From NCBI GenBank assembly GCA_030656615.1, contig JAUSOY010000083.1:58966-122965 (forward strand): a DNA stretch of 64,000 bases, given 5' to 3'. Each line of letters starts with the position of its first letter. Position 1 is the stretch's first letter. Position numbers and translations under genes: made by a program. The stretch is from Bacteroidales bacterium. Its GTDB lineage: Bacteria > Bacteroidota > Bacteroidia > Bacteroidales > TTA-H9. Below the pieces are notes generated by a model. It saw nothing but the letters and a program-made list of their open reading frames with translations, did not search any database and was not told where the DNA came from. Shown piece by piece: positions 18,078-27,403 of the stretch.

Positions 18078-20741
18078 TTAGAAATCTAGATTTAGAGTCG
18101 CTTGTCCTGTTTCGTCGAAACTGGTGGGAGGTGTTTCTGGCTTACTGACGCCGTTGGTGGCCTCTTCGTGGCCAATCAGAATAACATCACCATTTGTTTC
18201 GTTCAAAGCATCATCTTCATTTTCAGCCTCTTCAATTTCGTAAGGTAAGGGTTCTATGAATTTCATTTCAGCAATCGTATAGGTCGATAAACGTTTGCCT
18301 TTGGCTTTATAGCTTTTAACATCAATGAAATCGGCAGTAGGAATAATCTGTGATTCTCTTGGTTTTTTACCGTCCTGGACGTATTCAATGGACAGTTGGG
18401 GTAAATAATCCAACGACCATGAATGGAGTTTTGAGGCAGGATCGTCATTGAGGAACGAAATCTTCTTATCACTGAGTTCGGGTTGAAAACGTTTTAGATA
18501 CATATAACCCGATTCGGGTTCATGGTATACGACCGTAATTATTAAGTCCTCGTTATACTTGGCGATATGCATCATATCATCATCAAAATGAGTACCCAAG
18601 TCATTATTGTAAACCCGATAAAAGCCGCTTTTCATCATAGTGAATATTTTATCACCACTTTTAAAAGCACCCAGGTGCGTTCCGCGCTGGTCAGTATTAA
18701 GCCTCTTCACCGATTCATCAAACCAGATATCGCGGGCACTAAGGGTAGAAACACCTGACTCTTTTTTTATAACCGACCGCGCTAAATGTCGCGTGAGTGT
18801 ATTTCCACGTGAATTTCTTCCTTTGATGGCCAACTCAGCAAAATCAAATTCAAAATGAAGTTTTTTGAGTTTTGGTTTTGGTCGAAGGGTAATCTTTACC
18901 GTTTCTGCTTCACCATTGGGATTGGCAGAAAAGTAAATCACACGCGTTCCTGTTTCACCAGTTGTTAAATCATACTCCTTGTCGCGGGTAATGCCCATGA
19001 CGGCAAAACGCTTTACAAAGAGGGGGCCGGTTTTCCCATTCTGGTATATCATATTATAAATCGTACGGTCGTCGCTGCGACGATATACATCAATATGAAG
19101 AATGTTTTCTCCGACAAAAACTTTATCAGCAACCTTTGTAACCACGAAGGTTCCGTTTTCGCGGAATACAATAATTTCATCGATATCGGAACAATCGCAA
19201 ACGTATTCATCTTTTTTAAGCGAAGTACCCGTAAAGCCTTCCTTGCGGTTTACATAAAGCTTTTGATTAGCCACAGCCACGGAAGCAGCTTCGATAATAT
19301 CGAAATTCCGCAATTCCGTCTTCCGTTCTCTTCCTGTACCATATTTTTTCTTAATCTGACGGAAATAATTAATGGCAAATTCGATGAGGTGGTTGAGGTG
19401 ATTTTTTACTTCCTCAATATCAGACTCCAGCCCTTTAATTTTTTGGTCAGCATCGAAGGTGTTATATATAGAAATACGTTTAATACGAATTTCGGTCAAA
19501 CGCAAAATATCTTCACGGCTTACGTCATTCTGCAGAAGATGATGAAAGGGTTTAAGACCTTGGTCGATGGTTGATATAACCTCTTCAAAACTCGTACACT
19601 TTCGGATTTGTTGATAAATTTCGTTTTCGATGAATATTTTTTCCAGAGAAGTGTGATGCCAGTCATCTAAAAGTTCGGCCAATCGAATTTCAAGTTCTTT
19701 TCTGAGCAGATCGTGCGTTTGTTGTGTGCTGATGCGGAGAATTTCCTTAACATCAATAAATGCCGGACGACCATTATGTATTACACAGGCATTTGGCGAA
19801 TAAGAAATCTCGCAATTGGTGAATGCGTAAAGGGCATCGATGGTTTGGTCTGGTGATACGCCTGGGGCCAGATGTATCAAAATCTCAACGTTGGCTGCTG
19901 TGTTATCATCAATTTTCCTGATTTTTATCTTCCCTTTATCATTGGCGGCAAGAATTGAATCTATCAGGCTTGTAGTATTTGTAGAATACGGTATTTCCGT
20001 AATAACAAGTGTTTTTTTATCGAGTTGGTTAATGCGAGCGCGTATCCTGACTTTTCCTCCTCTAAGCCCGTTATTGTATTTCGAACAATCAGCCATACCT
20101 CCGGTAATGAAATCGGGGAGTATTTCAAAGTCCTCATTGTTTAAGATAGCAATGGATGCATCGATAAGTTCATTGAAATTATGAGGAAGCATTTTCGAGG
20201 CAAGACCAACCGCAATACCTTCCACACCCTGAGCCAGCAAAAGTGGAAATTTTACGGGAAGATTGAGTGGTTCACGATTTCTTCCATCATAACTTGGTTT
20301 CCATTGCGTGGTTTTAGGATTAAAAACAACTTCGCTGGCAAATTTTGATAAACGCGCTTCAATATAACGGGGTGCGGCCGCATTATCGCCGGTGTATATA
20401 TTGCCCCAGTTTCCCTGACAGTCGATTAGAAGATCTTTTTGCCCCAATTGTACCAAAGCATCACCGATGGATGCATCACCATGAGGATGATACTTCATGG
20501 TATGCCCGATAATGTTGGCTACTTTGTTATAGCGGCCATCATCCAGTTCCTTCATGGCATGAAGAATGCGCCTTTGAACAGGTTTTAATCCATCAAGCAC
20601 CTCGGGTACAGCACGTTCGAGAATGACGTATGATGCATAATCTAAAAACCAGTTCTGATACATTCCACTGAGTGGAATGGTTTTATATTCCTGACTATGG
20701 GTTGTGATTTCGGATTCGTTGGGGGTGTTTAGTTCTTCCAT
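18078..20741 (-). CDS. parC: DNA topoisomerase IV subunit A (GyrA/ParC family)
   Basis: PVQRRILHAM and KYHPHGDASIGDALV catalytic-region motifs. 887 aa with a C-terminal beta-pinwheel region and acidic tail. Called ParC rather than GyrA from its length and sequence style in Bacteroidota. Confidence 0.8.
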   Translation of the reverse strand: MEELNTPNESEITTHSQEYKTIPLSGMYQNWFLDYASYVILERAVPEVLDGLKPVQRRILHAMKELDDGRYNKVANIIGHTMKYHPHGDASIGDALVQLGQKDLLIDCQGNWGNIYTGDNAAAPRYIEARLSKFASEVVFNPKTTQWKPSYDGRNREPLNLPVKFPLLLAQGVEGIAVGLASKMLPHNFNELIDASIAILNNEDFEILPDFITGGMADCSKYNNGLRGGKVRIRARINQLDKKTLVITEIPYSTNTTSLIDSILAANDKGKIKIRKIDDNTAANVEILIHLAPGVSPDQTIDALYAFTNCEISYSPNACVIHNGRPAFIDVKEILRISTQQTHDLLRKELEIRLAELLDDWHHTSLEKIFIENEIYQQIRKCTSFEEVISTIDQGLKPFHHLLQNDVSREDILRLTEIRIKRISIYNTFDADQKIKGLESDIEEVKNHLNHLIEFAINYFRQIKKKYGTGRERKTELRNFDIIEAASVAVANQKLYVNRKEGFTGTSLKKDEYVCDCSDIDEIIVFRENGTFVVTKVADKVFVGENILHIDVYRRSDDRTIYNMIYQNGKTGPLFVKRFAVMGITRDKEYDLTTGETGTRVIYFSANPNGEAETVKITLRPKPKLKKLHFEFDFAELAIKGRNSRGNTLTRHLARSVIKKESGVSTLSARDIWFDESVKRLNTDQRGTHLGAFKSGDKIFTMMKSGFYRVYNNDLGTHFDDDMMHIAKYNEDLIITVVYHEPESGYMYLKRFQPELSDKKISFLNDDPASKLHSWSLDYLPQLSIEYVQDGKKPRESQIIPTADFIDVKSYKAKGKRLSTYTIAEMKFIEPLPYEIEEAENEDDALNETNGDVILIGHEEATNGVSKPETPPTSFDETGQATLNLDF

Positions 20742-20771
20742 TCGATGGTCTGGTGAATAATCGTCGGGTAT

Positions 20772-21971
20772 TTATTTTTTTTCTTCTCTAAGTCTTCGTG
20801 CCATTTCTTTTCCAATACGTACAAGATGTTCTGTGTCTTTTTCCTGAGCCGCATGTTTTGCTTCTACTGGAGGAGCTACTAATTCCCATTTTATGGTTTC
20901 TGCAAATTTTTCAAGGGTGCGTACGCCACCACCGCCCCAACTCATGCTTCCGAAAATCCCCAAAAAATGATTTTTTGGCATGATGTGTTCCAGTTCACGG
21001 ATTAAATCGCGCATGGGTGTAAATATTCCGCCATTATATGCACTACTTCCCAATATAACACCCTTGTATTTCCAGATAGCATTGATAATGTAAGAACTAT
21101 GCGTCTTGGAAGAATCAAAGATACGGATATTCCGAATGCCTTCCTCGCTAAGGGTTCGGGCAATAATTTCCGCCATCTTTTCAGTATTTCCGTACATCGA
21201 ACCAAAAACAATTACCACGCCTTCTTCCGTTTCATTTCGACTCCATCGCTGGTAATCGTTAATAATTTTAGGAATATGTGACCTCCATATGGGGCCATGG
21301 GTAGAAGCTATCATCTTTATTTCCAGGCCTGCCAGTTTATCCATGGCTTTTTGTACCTGAAGACCGTATTTGCCAACAATGTTTGAATAATAACGACGAA
21401 GTTCTTCTTCATAAAAATCGAGATTTATCTCATCGTCAAATATTCCACCATCCAATGTTCCGAAACTCCCGAATGCGTCAGCAGAGAATAAAATCTTTTC
21501 AGTTTCTTCATAAGTCATCATGGTTTCGGGCCAATGTACCATGGGGGTCATATAAAATCGCAGTTTATGCTTTCCAAGGTCAATCAAAGAGTTTTCTTCA
21601 ACTTCCATCAGGTTTTCAGTGATGTTGTAAAATCCCTGTAGCATAGGAAACGTTTTAGCATTTCCAACGATTTGCACATCGGGGAATTCATTAACCACAG
21701 TTCGGATAGCTCCTGAATGGTCAGGTTCCATATGGTTAATGATTAGATAGTCGAGCGAACGTCCGTTGAGAATTTCTTTTGCTTTTTCGAGAAAAGTATC
21801 CATCGAGCACATCGAAACAGTATCAACAAGAGCTGTTTTTTCGTCAAGAATTAGATAAGAATTATATGCAATGCCATTGGGCAAAGGCCATTGATTTTCG
21901 AACAACTGTGTGCGCCGGTCGTTAACGCCAATCCAGTAAATATTCTCCGATAAGTGAACGAAGTGATGCAT
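20772..21971 (-). CDS. fprA: flavodiiron protein (FprA-type, metallo-beta-lactamase + flavodoxin domains)
   Basis: The HMEPDHSG di-iron motif plus a C-terminal flavodoxin block VVIVFGSMYGNTEKMAE. Start placed at ATG 21971 (MHHFVHLSENIYWIGV...), which removes the overlap with the upstream gene. Confidence 0.85.
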   Translation of the reverse strand: MHHFVHLSENIYWIGVNDRRTQLFENQWPLPNGIAYNSYLILDEKTALVDTVSMCSMDTFLEKAKEILNGRSLDYLIINHMEPDHSGAIRTVVNEFPDVQIVGNAKTFPMLQGFYNITENLMEVEENSLIDLGKHKLRFYMTPMVHWPETMMTYEETEKILFSADAFGSFGTLDGGIFDDEINLDFYEEELRRYYSNIVGKYGLQVQKAMDKLAGLEIKMIASTHGPIWRSHIPKIINDYQRWSRNETEEGVVIVFGSMYGNTEKMAEIIARTLSEEGIRNIRIFDSSKTHSSYIINAIWKYKGVILGSSAYNGGIFTPMRDLIRELEHIMPKNHFLGIFGSMSWGGGGVRTLEKFAETIKWELVAPPVEAKHAAQEKDTEHLVRIGKEMARRLREEKK

Positions 21972-22008
21972 ATTAATTTTTAAATGATTGATATAAACCT
22001 TATTATAA

Positions 22009-24054
22009 TTATTTCCAGAACCGCAGCAAAAGTACTTCTGATACAATGAAAATCAAAGCTAGTAATAACAAAAATTTCCAGAAGCTTTTTCCTTGATTAA
22101 TTCGTTCAATTTGAGTGCCTACCGGATTTTTACCATCAGCCAATACATAAAAATTGCTCAGCCCCAGTGTTTTTATCATCGAATTCAGTTCATCAGCCGA
22201 GTAACATTCGGGTGCTGACTCTCGTCTGTCGATATTAAAAGCCAGACTGCTAATATTCCCTTCAGTACCATAAACAAGGTAATTTCCGGCTTTGCGAATG
22301 CCTGGGCCAGGCTGAATCATCATGTATCCAGATTGCATACGTATGATTGGGATGAATTCTTCCTTGTTATCGAGGGATTTGATTCGAATTATTTCGGCAG
22401 CCGAATTTCCCCTGTATTTTATTTGAATATGATTATTGGATCCAACGATAAGGTACGGTGATTGGTCGTTTCGAATACTTAAGGGCATGTTATATGCACA
22501 AGGAATAAAAAGTGGATTACGATGAAAATCAGTATTTTCATCTATTAACTGACAGGCAAATAAATATACTTTGCCTTTTCCAATACTGTACTCCAATAAA
22601 AAATCATCCCCATTGGCGAGTTTTAGTAAACTCCTGACCGATGCATTTTTTGGGTAGCGCATCGAAAAATGAAAATCTGTTCCCGGGAAAATCGGATTTT
22701 CAGGTATTTCAAGCAACGCATCTTTAAAAAGGCTTGATTCTTTTTGAATCCCGGATATCAAATTATTGCCTGTATCAGGTTTCATGAATAAGCTTATTTC
22801 CAGTTGCTGAAATAAAAGGCTGTAGCTATTTATATCGGCATTGACCGGAGGGAAAATGGCTGCAGATCCACCATTTTCCAGATGTGTTTTTAGTTGTGCT
22901 GATAAACCATTCGGAACAATTTCGAGTCCGTCGAGTATTACAAAATCATTATCCGGAATTCTTGAAAATTGTAATTTTCCGGTCTCACTGGCATCGTAAG
23001 AAAATACCTTTTCTGCTTTATAGAATTTTTTTAAAAAAGCAGATGTCTTTGAGCCGCCAATATGCAGAACCGATATTTCCTGATGAACTTGTGTCGTGAA
23101 AAAGAATTTATTGTCGTAAGGGCTTAATTTGTCTTCGATTTCCAGGTAATAATGATGAATGCCAGCCTGATCGTTAAAAATAGCTAGTTCACTGATTACA
23201 AAATTTTCGGGCTCTGCATCCACACTGGCGATTCCAGCCTGTAAATCATTTCGAAAAAGCTTTACTTTAAATGCCTGAAGCTTTTGCTGGCTTCGGTTTT
23301 GCAATCTGAAACCAATGTGACTCATTTGCTCGTGCAATTGAAGCGGACTTGTAAACCAAACTGAATCGATGAAAACATTGCCCGATTCCGGTGAGACCAC
23401 CGGAATGAGAAATACTTTTAAGGAAGAATCTATTCGATTATCGGGTAATGTAAAACTCGATTTTTGAAAATCAGAGATAAGCAGGAGGTTTTTACCAGCA
23501 TCTGGGAACTCTGATAAGGCCATTTGTTGACGCCTAATAACTTCACCGATAGTCAATACTTCTGGTCCTGTTTCCAGCGATGATAATTTCATGAGTGCAT
23601 CTGCTTGTCCATATCTGCGGCGATACGATTCACTACTTTCATTGTCTGAAATAAAAAATGTATGACCACTTTTGTTTTGGTGGATAATGTCTTCTGCAAT
23701 AAGCCGAGCTTCGGTAAAAATATTTGTAGGACCAGAAATTTTCTCCATACTCATCGAATTATCGCAATAAATCGCCTGAATAGTTTCCTTTTTCATCGCA
23801 CCATCACCACCCTGATAAGGAATATACGGCTGAGCAAAAGCCATAACAATGCAAGTGATAGTCAGGAGCCGTATTATCAAGAGGATAATACTTCTGAGTT
23901 TACTTTGCCTTTTTGTCTCGCTTTTAATATTTTTTAAAAGAGCAACATTTGTAAAATATACTTTCCGGTATCGTCTGAAATTAAAAAGATGAATAATTAC
24001 CGGTAACGACAGGGCCAGCAAGCCATATAGAAAGAGTGGATTCAGAAACTGCAT
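22009..24054 (-). CDS. BatA-domain (N-terminal double-TM) large membrane protein
   Basis: MQFLNPLFLYGLLALSLPVIIHLFNFRR is the aerotolerance BatA N-terminal double-transmembrane signature. 681 aa with a C-terminal TM. Confidence 0.7.
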   Translation of the reverse strand: MQFLNPLFLYGLLALSLPVIIHLFNFRRYRKVYFTNVALLKNIKSETKRQSKLRSIILLIIRLLTITCIVMAFAQPYIPYQGGDGAMKKETIQAIYCDNSMSMEKISGPTNIFTEARLIAEDIIHQNKSGHTFFISDNESSESYRRRYGQADALMKLSSLETGPEVLTIGEVIRRQQMALSEFPDAGKNLLLISDFQKSSFTLPDNRIDSSLKVFLIPVVSPESGNVFIDSVWFTSPLQLHEQMSHIGFRLQNRSQQKLQAFKVKLFRNDLQAGIASVDAEPENFVISELAIFNDQAGIHHYYLEIEDKLSPYDNKFFFTTQVHQEISVLHIGGSKTSAFLKKFYKAEKVFSYDASETGKLQFSRIPDNDFVILDGLEIVPNGLSAQLKTHLENGGSAAIFPPVNADINSYSLLFQQLEISLFMKPDTGNNLISGIQKESSLFKDALLEIPENPIFPGTDFHFSMRYPKNASVRSLLKLANGDDFLLEYSIGKGKVYLFACQLIDENTDFHRNPLFIPCAYNMPLSIRNDQSPYLIVGSNNHIQIKYRGNSAAEIIRIKSLDNKEEFIPIIRMQSGYMMIQPGPGIRKAGNYLVYGTEGNISSLAFNIDRRESAPECYSADELNSMIKTLGLSNFYVLADGKNPVGTQIERINQGKSFWKFLLLLALIFIVSEVLLLRFWK

Positions 24055-24073
24055 TATGCCTTATTCATTTTTA

Positions 24074-24081
24074 CAAAATTA
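24074..24081 (-). promoter_or_regulatory. Bacteroidota -7 box TAATTTTG
   Basis: The plus strand reads CAAAATTA, a perfect TAnnTTTG on the minus strand, 19 nt upstream of the ATG at 24054. Confidence 0.45.
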
Positions 24082-24085
24082 ACGA

Positions 24086-24748
24086 TTAGAGTCCAAAAAC
24101 ATACATCAGGATATTGACACCCATCTTTAATGCCTCAATATGTTTCGATTCCGGATCTTTATGCACGGCTTGATCTTCCCATCCATCTCCCAGATCGCAT
24201 TCATAGGTGTAGAGCAAAACCAAACGTCCTTCGTAAATTATTCCAAAAGCTTGAGGCGTCTTGTTGTCGTGCTCGTGAATCTTAGGGAGACCATTTGGAA
24301 ACTCGAATTTTTTATGAAAGATACTATGCCTTGAAGATAATTCTACAAGTTCTGTATCAGGAAATAGTTTCTTTATTTGAGGGCGTATGTAAGCGTCCAT
24401 ACCATAATTATCGTCGATATGCAAAAAACCGCCCCCCATCAGGTATTTTCGGAGATTTTGAATATCAGCATCCGGAAGAACTACATTTCCATGTCCGGTC
24501 ATATGCAGGAATGGGTAATTAAATATGGCCGGATCATAGGGTTCAACGGTGGCAGGATCAGCTAAAATATTGGCATCCGTAACCTGATTGAAATAACGGA
24601 TAAGGTTTGGTAATGAAGTTGGATTTGCATACCAATCGCCACCACCTTTGTATTTTACAAGGGCAATGCGGTAGCCACCTTGCGCGAATAACAACTGTCC
24701 TATCATTAATAAAATACAAAGTCCGGAAATCTTTTTCATTTTATGCAA
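24086..24748 (-). CDS. DUF4159-like secreted protein
   Basis: Signal peptide, then YRIALVKYKGGGDWYANPTSLPNL, which is typical of DUF4159. Immediately upstream of the BatA-domain gene. Confidence 0.7.
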   Translation of the reverse strand: MHKMKKISGLCILLMIGQLLFAQGGYRIALVKYKGGGDWYANPTSLPNLIRYFNQVTDANILADPATVEPYDPAIFNYPFLHMTGHGNVVLPDADIQNLRKYLMGGGFLHIDDNYGMDAYIRPQIKKLFPDTELVELSSRHSIFHKKFEFPNGLPKIHEHDNKTPQAFGIIYEGRLVLLYTYECDLGDGWEDQAVHKDPESKHIEALKMGVNILMYVFGL

Positions 24749-24754
24749 GATATT

Positions 24755-25492
24755 TTAGAGCGAGGGAATATATGGACTCCCTGTTTCATTAAGAAAGGTA
24801 AAAGAAGCAGCCACATACATAGCGGCAGTTTCGGTACGTAATCGTGCCTGACCTAGGCTTACCGGAAGAAAATTATTTTCTTTTGCAAGATTTATTTCCT
24901 TGGGTGAAAAATCGCCCTCGGGTCCAATTAGCATTATTGCAGGCTGCCCAACAGGATATGCCGTTTGCCATAAATCTTCTTTACCGGTTTCACACCAGGC
25001 GATGTATCTGTTTTGGAGGACGGAAGAGTGTATGAAGTCATTAAAAGGAACTGCTTCGCTGATGACAGGCATAAATGATCTTTCGCTCTGCTTCATAGCA
25101 GCAATGGCTATCCGTATCAATCGGTCGTGGCGCAATTTAGATCGTTCTGAATTTTCGCAAATAAGAGGCGTAATGGATTCGATGCCAAGCTCCGTGGCCT
25201 TTTCAATAAACCATTCGAAACGGTCAGGATTTTTTGTTGGAGCTACAGCAAGGTGCAATTGTGGGATATTCCGGACAAACTCTTCGCGACTTTCAATTTC
25301 GAGCAGTAATTCCCGGGAAAATATGTTAAGAATGCGTGCCTTTGCCTTGATTCCTTTACCGGAACTGATCATGATACAATCACCATCTTTCAATCGCATT
25401 GCCTTGGTTGCATGCTTCGACTCCTCTTCGTTCAGAAGAAGGGTTTGGCCAGGCATTGGGATGATTTCATTATCAGCAAAAAAAGTGTGCAT
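24755..25492 (-). CDS. rsmE: 16S rRNA (uracil1498-N3)-methyltransferase
   Basis: PUA-like N-terminus (HTFF...E.HH..KA.RLK.GD) and a SPOUT C-terminus (IGPEGDFS..E). Confidence 0.88.
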   Translation of the reverse strand: MHTFFADNEIIPMPGQTLLLNEEESKHATKAMRLKDGDCIMISSGKGIKAKARILNIFSRELLLEIESREEFVRNIPQLHLAVAPTKNPDRFEWFIEKATELGIESITPLICENSERSKLRHDRLIRIAIAAMKQSERSFMPVISEAVPFNDFIHSSVLQNRYIAWCETGKEDLWQTAYPVGQPAIMLIGPEGDFSPKEINLAKENNFLPVSLGQARLRTETAAMYVAASFTFLNETGSPYIPSL

Positions 25493-26185
25493 TTAAAGCA
25501 GTTTTTTAAGTTCTGAAAGTCTTCTGATTTGATAATTTTCGGTATTCTCAGTGGAAGTCGAGTTTGGATTTAGAAAGATGGCATCCCATCCGGCCGAACG
25601 GGCCCCAGCGCAATCTACTTCGGCATCGTCGCCAATCATCAGACTTTTTTCGGGAATGGCTCCGGTTTTTTTCATCGCATATTCAAAAATGGAAGGTGAA
25701 GGTTTGAGAAAACCAGCTTCAGCAGATGTAATTACATGCGTGAAATAGCGCTTAAGACCTGAATTTTCAATTTTCGGATACTGTACTTCTGTAAAGCCAT
25801 TAGTCAGAATGTGGAGTTGATATTTTTCGTAAAGATAATTCAGGAGTTCAATAGCTCCTTCCATGAGTATGGTTTTTCGTGGGCTTTCGGTAATGTAGGC
25901 TACGGACATTCTTTTTGCCATTTCCACATCATCGATTTTAAACTGTAAAAGGCTGTCATTAAACCTTTTCCATGAGAGTTCTTCTTTTTCTATCTGGCTC
26001 TCACGGAAAAGAGCCCAAAGTTTCTGATTGATATAACTATATACTTCAAAAAAATCATCAAATCCGGGAATTCCTTTTTCCTGAAGATCTTCATTAATAA
26101 ATATTTCTGAAAGGGTTTGCTTTGAATTAGCCCCAAAATCCCATAGAGTGCCATCGAGATCAAAAAACAAGTGGTCGTATTTCAT
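25493..26185 (-). CDS. HAD-superfamily hydrolase (YjjG-like)
   Basis: FFDLDGTLWDF motif I and the GDD..VD motif IV. Confidence 0.8.
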   Translation of the reverse strand: MKYDHLFFDLDGTLWDFGANSKQTLSEIFINEDLQEKGIPGFDDFFEVYSYINQKLWALFRESQIEKEELSWKRFNDSLLQFKIDDVEMAKRMSVAYITESPRKTILMEGAIELLNYLYEKYQLHILTNGFTEVQYPKIENSGLKRYFTHVITSAEAGFLKPSPSIFEYAMKKTGAIPEKSLMIGDDAEVDCAGARSAGWDAIFLNPNSTSTENTENYQIRRLSELKKLL

Positions 26186-26202
26186 TCATATAAATTGAGC
26201 TA

Positions 26203-26210
26203 CAAAAGTA
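26203..26210 (-). promoter_or_regulatory. Bacteroidota -7 box TACTTTTG
   Basis: The plus strand reads CAAAAGTA, a perfect TAnnTTTG on the minus strand, 17 nt upstream of the ATG at 26185. Confidence 0.45.
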
Positions 26211-26230
26211 CAAAACGCCGGCGAAGTGGA

Positions 26231-27265
26231 TTAGTAATATAATAATCCTGCTAAATCTGCCAGATAAGTTAACAGCAGTGACAAGCTGAAAGCGAACATC
26301 GGCGCCACAATCCAGATAAACCAAAACTTTCGTACGGTGTTATTATTCATCATGACCTTCCAGCCGGTTTTTTCGACACCAACTGCCATAATAGCGAAGC
26401 TGTTCAGCTGGACTAAAGAAGTTGGAATTCCTTTAACAAGCGATGCGGCTAATAGTAATGTAGCCGTTACCAAAGAAATGACGGAGGCTTCCAGAGGCCC
26501 AAAACTCGTAATGTCTTTCCCATTCGTTTTCAGGACTTTATATCCAAAAATAGAACTTCCGATTCCAAAACAAGGGGCAATGACCAGGGTGGCCACAATT
26601 AGCAGTAAACTATAACGGGCAGTATCGGCCGGATCAATCTGTAATTCATTCGTCATCATTGAAACCAGAGGTCCGGTGGCATTGGCTACATTATTGGTGC
26701 CTATCGAAAAGGCAACATAACATGCGGTGGCTATCAGAAACAACCGTCTGAATGAATATTTCGACAGGGATTTATCCAGAAGTTTATTTTGTACCTGAAT
26801 GCGCTTTTTTAACAATTTTATACTAATGTACGTGATGATAAAACCGATTAGTGGTAGTATAAACCATGTTGGTACGATTTCGAAAAAAAGTTTGTGTGTA
26901 TTCAGACTTTCGAAGTATACGGCTGTACCAGAAATTGAAAGAACAGTGGATTGACTGGTCGATTGTGGTACTCCCAGCAAATTAGCAATTAACAGACTTA
27001 TGCTTACCGAAAATAAAATGATAGTAGTGACCGTAATGGTAATTTTTTCGGCTGGTAATAATCCTTTCCCCAACGTTAAAGCAACTTTTTCTCCTCCAAG
27101 GATTGCTCCTAAAAAAACGAATAATCCAAATAACCCGGGAATGGCTAATTTTTTAATGATATTTGAACCATATGCTACAGAAAATGCTGGAGCTGTTCCA
27201 CTACCACCCATATTGATAGCTAGAAACATACCTACAAGTAAAGGAATTAATATGGGTATCAGCAT
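26231..27265 (-). CDS. PiT-family inorganic phosphate transporter
   Basis: Polytopic protein with duplicated PHO4-like motifs (NMGGSGTAPAF and GTNNVANATGP). ATG 27265 is preferred over TTG 27286. Confidence 0.72.
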   Translation of the reverse strand: MLIPILIPLLVGMFLAINMGGSGTAPAFSVAYGSNIIKKLAIPGLFGLFVFLGAILGGEKVALTLGKGLLPAEKITITVTTIILFSVSISLLIANLLGVPQSTSQSTVLSISGTAVYFESLNTHKLFFEIVPTWFILPLIGFIITYISIKLLKKRIQVQNKLLDKSLSKYSFRRLFLIATACYVAFSIGTNNVANATGPLVSMMTNELQIDPADTARYSLLLIVATLVIAPCFGIGSSIFGYKVLKTNGKDITSFGPLEASVISLVTATLLLAASLVKGIPTSLVQLNSFAIMAVGVEKTGWKVMMNNNTVRKFWFIWIVAPMFAFSLSLLLTYLADLAGLLYY

Positions 27266-27352
27266 CTGCACTCTAATTCCTAGCAAACCTAGTTCAATTT
27301 TAAAACATCTCCTAATTTACAATATTGAATTTTTTTCAAAAAATACTTGACA

Positions 27353-27398
27353 AATGATTTTCAATGATGTATTATTGCAATATCATTTTAATATCATT
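27353..27398. promoter_or_regulatory. candidate operator: AATGAT (x2, 10-bp period) and ATCATT (x2, 11-bp period) in a dyad arrangement
   Basis: AATGAT at 27353-58 and 27363-68, and ATCATT at 27382-87 and 27393-98. The approximate symmetry centre is near 27375. The array brackets the near-consensus -7 box TATTATTG (27370-77) and ends 5 nt before the ATG at 27404. Confidence 0.45.
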
Positions 27399-27403
27399 AT
27401 GAC

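Noticed and set aside
19095-19574. 159-aa plus-strand ORF, plus similar calls at 654-1058(-), 32141-32578(-) and 54447-54881(+).
   Set aside because: All lie antisense inside strongly supported genes (parC, cdsA, priA, carboxyltransferase). None has a recognisable motif.
20772-22046. Long form of the flavodiiron ORF, starting MYQKYFCCGSGNNYNK.
   Set aside because: The 25-codon extension overlaps the upstream gene by 38 nt and has no homology-like content. The family N-terminus begins at MHHFVHLSENIYWIGV (ATG 21971).
24900-25496. 198-aa ORF on the plus strand.
   Set aside because: It is entirely antisense to the well-supported rsmE gene. Its Ser/Arg-rich low-complexity translation is typical of an antisense-frame artefact, and it has no promoter box.
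26216-26223. GC-rich palindrome CGCCGGCG between the PiT stop and the HAD promoter.
   Set aside because: At only 8 bp with no flanking stem or T-run, it is too short to call a terminator or binding site.
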